From contig CP075495.1 in assembly GCA_021613535.1 (NCBI GenBank), positions 4,154,001 to 4,218,000 on the forward strand: 64,000 bases of DNA, in the 5' to 3' direction. The notes under the pieces were generated by a model. The model made no database searches. It was not told where the DNA came from and worked only from the letters and a program-made list of their open reading frames with translations. The stretch is from Adineta vaga. Taxonomy: Eukaryota; Animalia; Rotifera. This document shows, piece after piece, positions 63,559 to 64,000 of this stretch; the first letter of the stretch is position 1; every line of letters begins with the position of its first letter. The position numbers and the translations under genes were made by a program.

Positions 63559-64000
63559 ATGATGTTCATTGTAACTAATCTTCTAATATTATTTCTTGCC
63601 TTTCAAATCATCACTACTGATCGAGCTATTCGTCGTTTAACTTATAAACTCGATAGTGATATAACTGGATTTGTAGGTGATAATATAATTAATTATGATT
63701 TAACACGAATTGATTCCAGTAGTCCAATGTCAATACTTGAAATTGAAACTGAACAATGGGTACATGATTGCTGTTTTATGATTACTTCTCAACCTGTTCT
63801 TCGTATTCGTTTAAAACAAGATAATAATTATCCAAAAATTACTGCTTATTTACGTCTTCGTACACCACTTTCATCAATCATAATGACAGGTACAGGAACT
63901 ATTTCTACTACGAATGCCATACAATCGGATTCATTAATGATCGAAATATCAGGTACTTGTAAAGCACAATTGCAAGTAGAAATCACTTCGAAACTTGATG
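63559..64000 (+). CDS. Secreted protein with DUF2807/GIN-like beta-repeat, truncated by the window end
   Basis: Open frame missing from the ORF track because it has no stop: MMFIVTNLLILFLAFQIITT...LSSIIMTGTGTISTTNAIQSDSLMIEISGTCKAQLQVEITSKLD. Confidence 0.6.
   Translation, partial: MMFIVTNLLILFLAFQIITTDRAIRRLTYKLDSDITGFVGDNIINYDLTRIDSSSPMSILEIETEQWVHDCCFMITSQPVLRIRLKQDNNYPKITAYLRLRTPLSSIIMTGTGTISTTNAIQSDSLMIEISGTCKAQLQVEITSKLD

Noticed and set aside
1-64000. CRISPR arrays, rRNA, tRNA, SL RNA, autonomous transposons, prokaryotic operons
   Set aside because: No repeat-spacer array, recognisable RNA-gene motifs, or transposase/RT coding sequence seen; the window is intron-rich eukaryotic DNA.

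Overview
This is gene-dense, AT-rich eukaryotic (animal) DNA with many short (about 50-70 nt) GT-AG introns. Composition, intron size, orphan genes and apparent alien genes suggest a bdelloid rotifer (inference only). About 23 protein-coding genes can be assembled by hand: an Ig-domain protein (partial), TMEM192, an intronless NIF/FCP1-like HAD phosphatase, MFSD1, TIMM50, ZFYVE26/spastizin, ZW10, HINT3-like, a WxxW-plus-S1 serine protease, DUSP10/puckered-like, a diacylglycerol kinase, DNAJC17, HECTD2-like, HRD1/SYVN1, a TALE-homeodomain/tandem-BRCT fusion, an orphan, FBXO22, golgin-45, NFIL3/vrille, CCDC93, two tandem 4-TM paralogs, a long MISP/AKAP2-like gene and a DUF2807-like secreted protein (partial). 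Main findings: (1) an intact 414-aa Iroquois/Mohawk-like homeodomain fused to BRCA1-type tandem BRCT repeats, with most phosphopeptide-pocket residues kept; (2) a GC-rich, multi-hairpin element of about 270 nt just upstream of it; (3) operon-like tandem gene arrays whose downstream genes begin at AG|AT acceptors with no obvious upstream donor, suggesting SL trans-splicing; (4) a pair of duplicated, mutually exclusive exons in HECTD2; (5) two HGT candidates; (6) at least six frameshifts in otherwise intact genes, most likely assembly indels. All family assignments come from remembered motifs; no searches were run.
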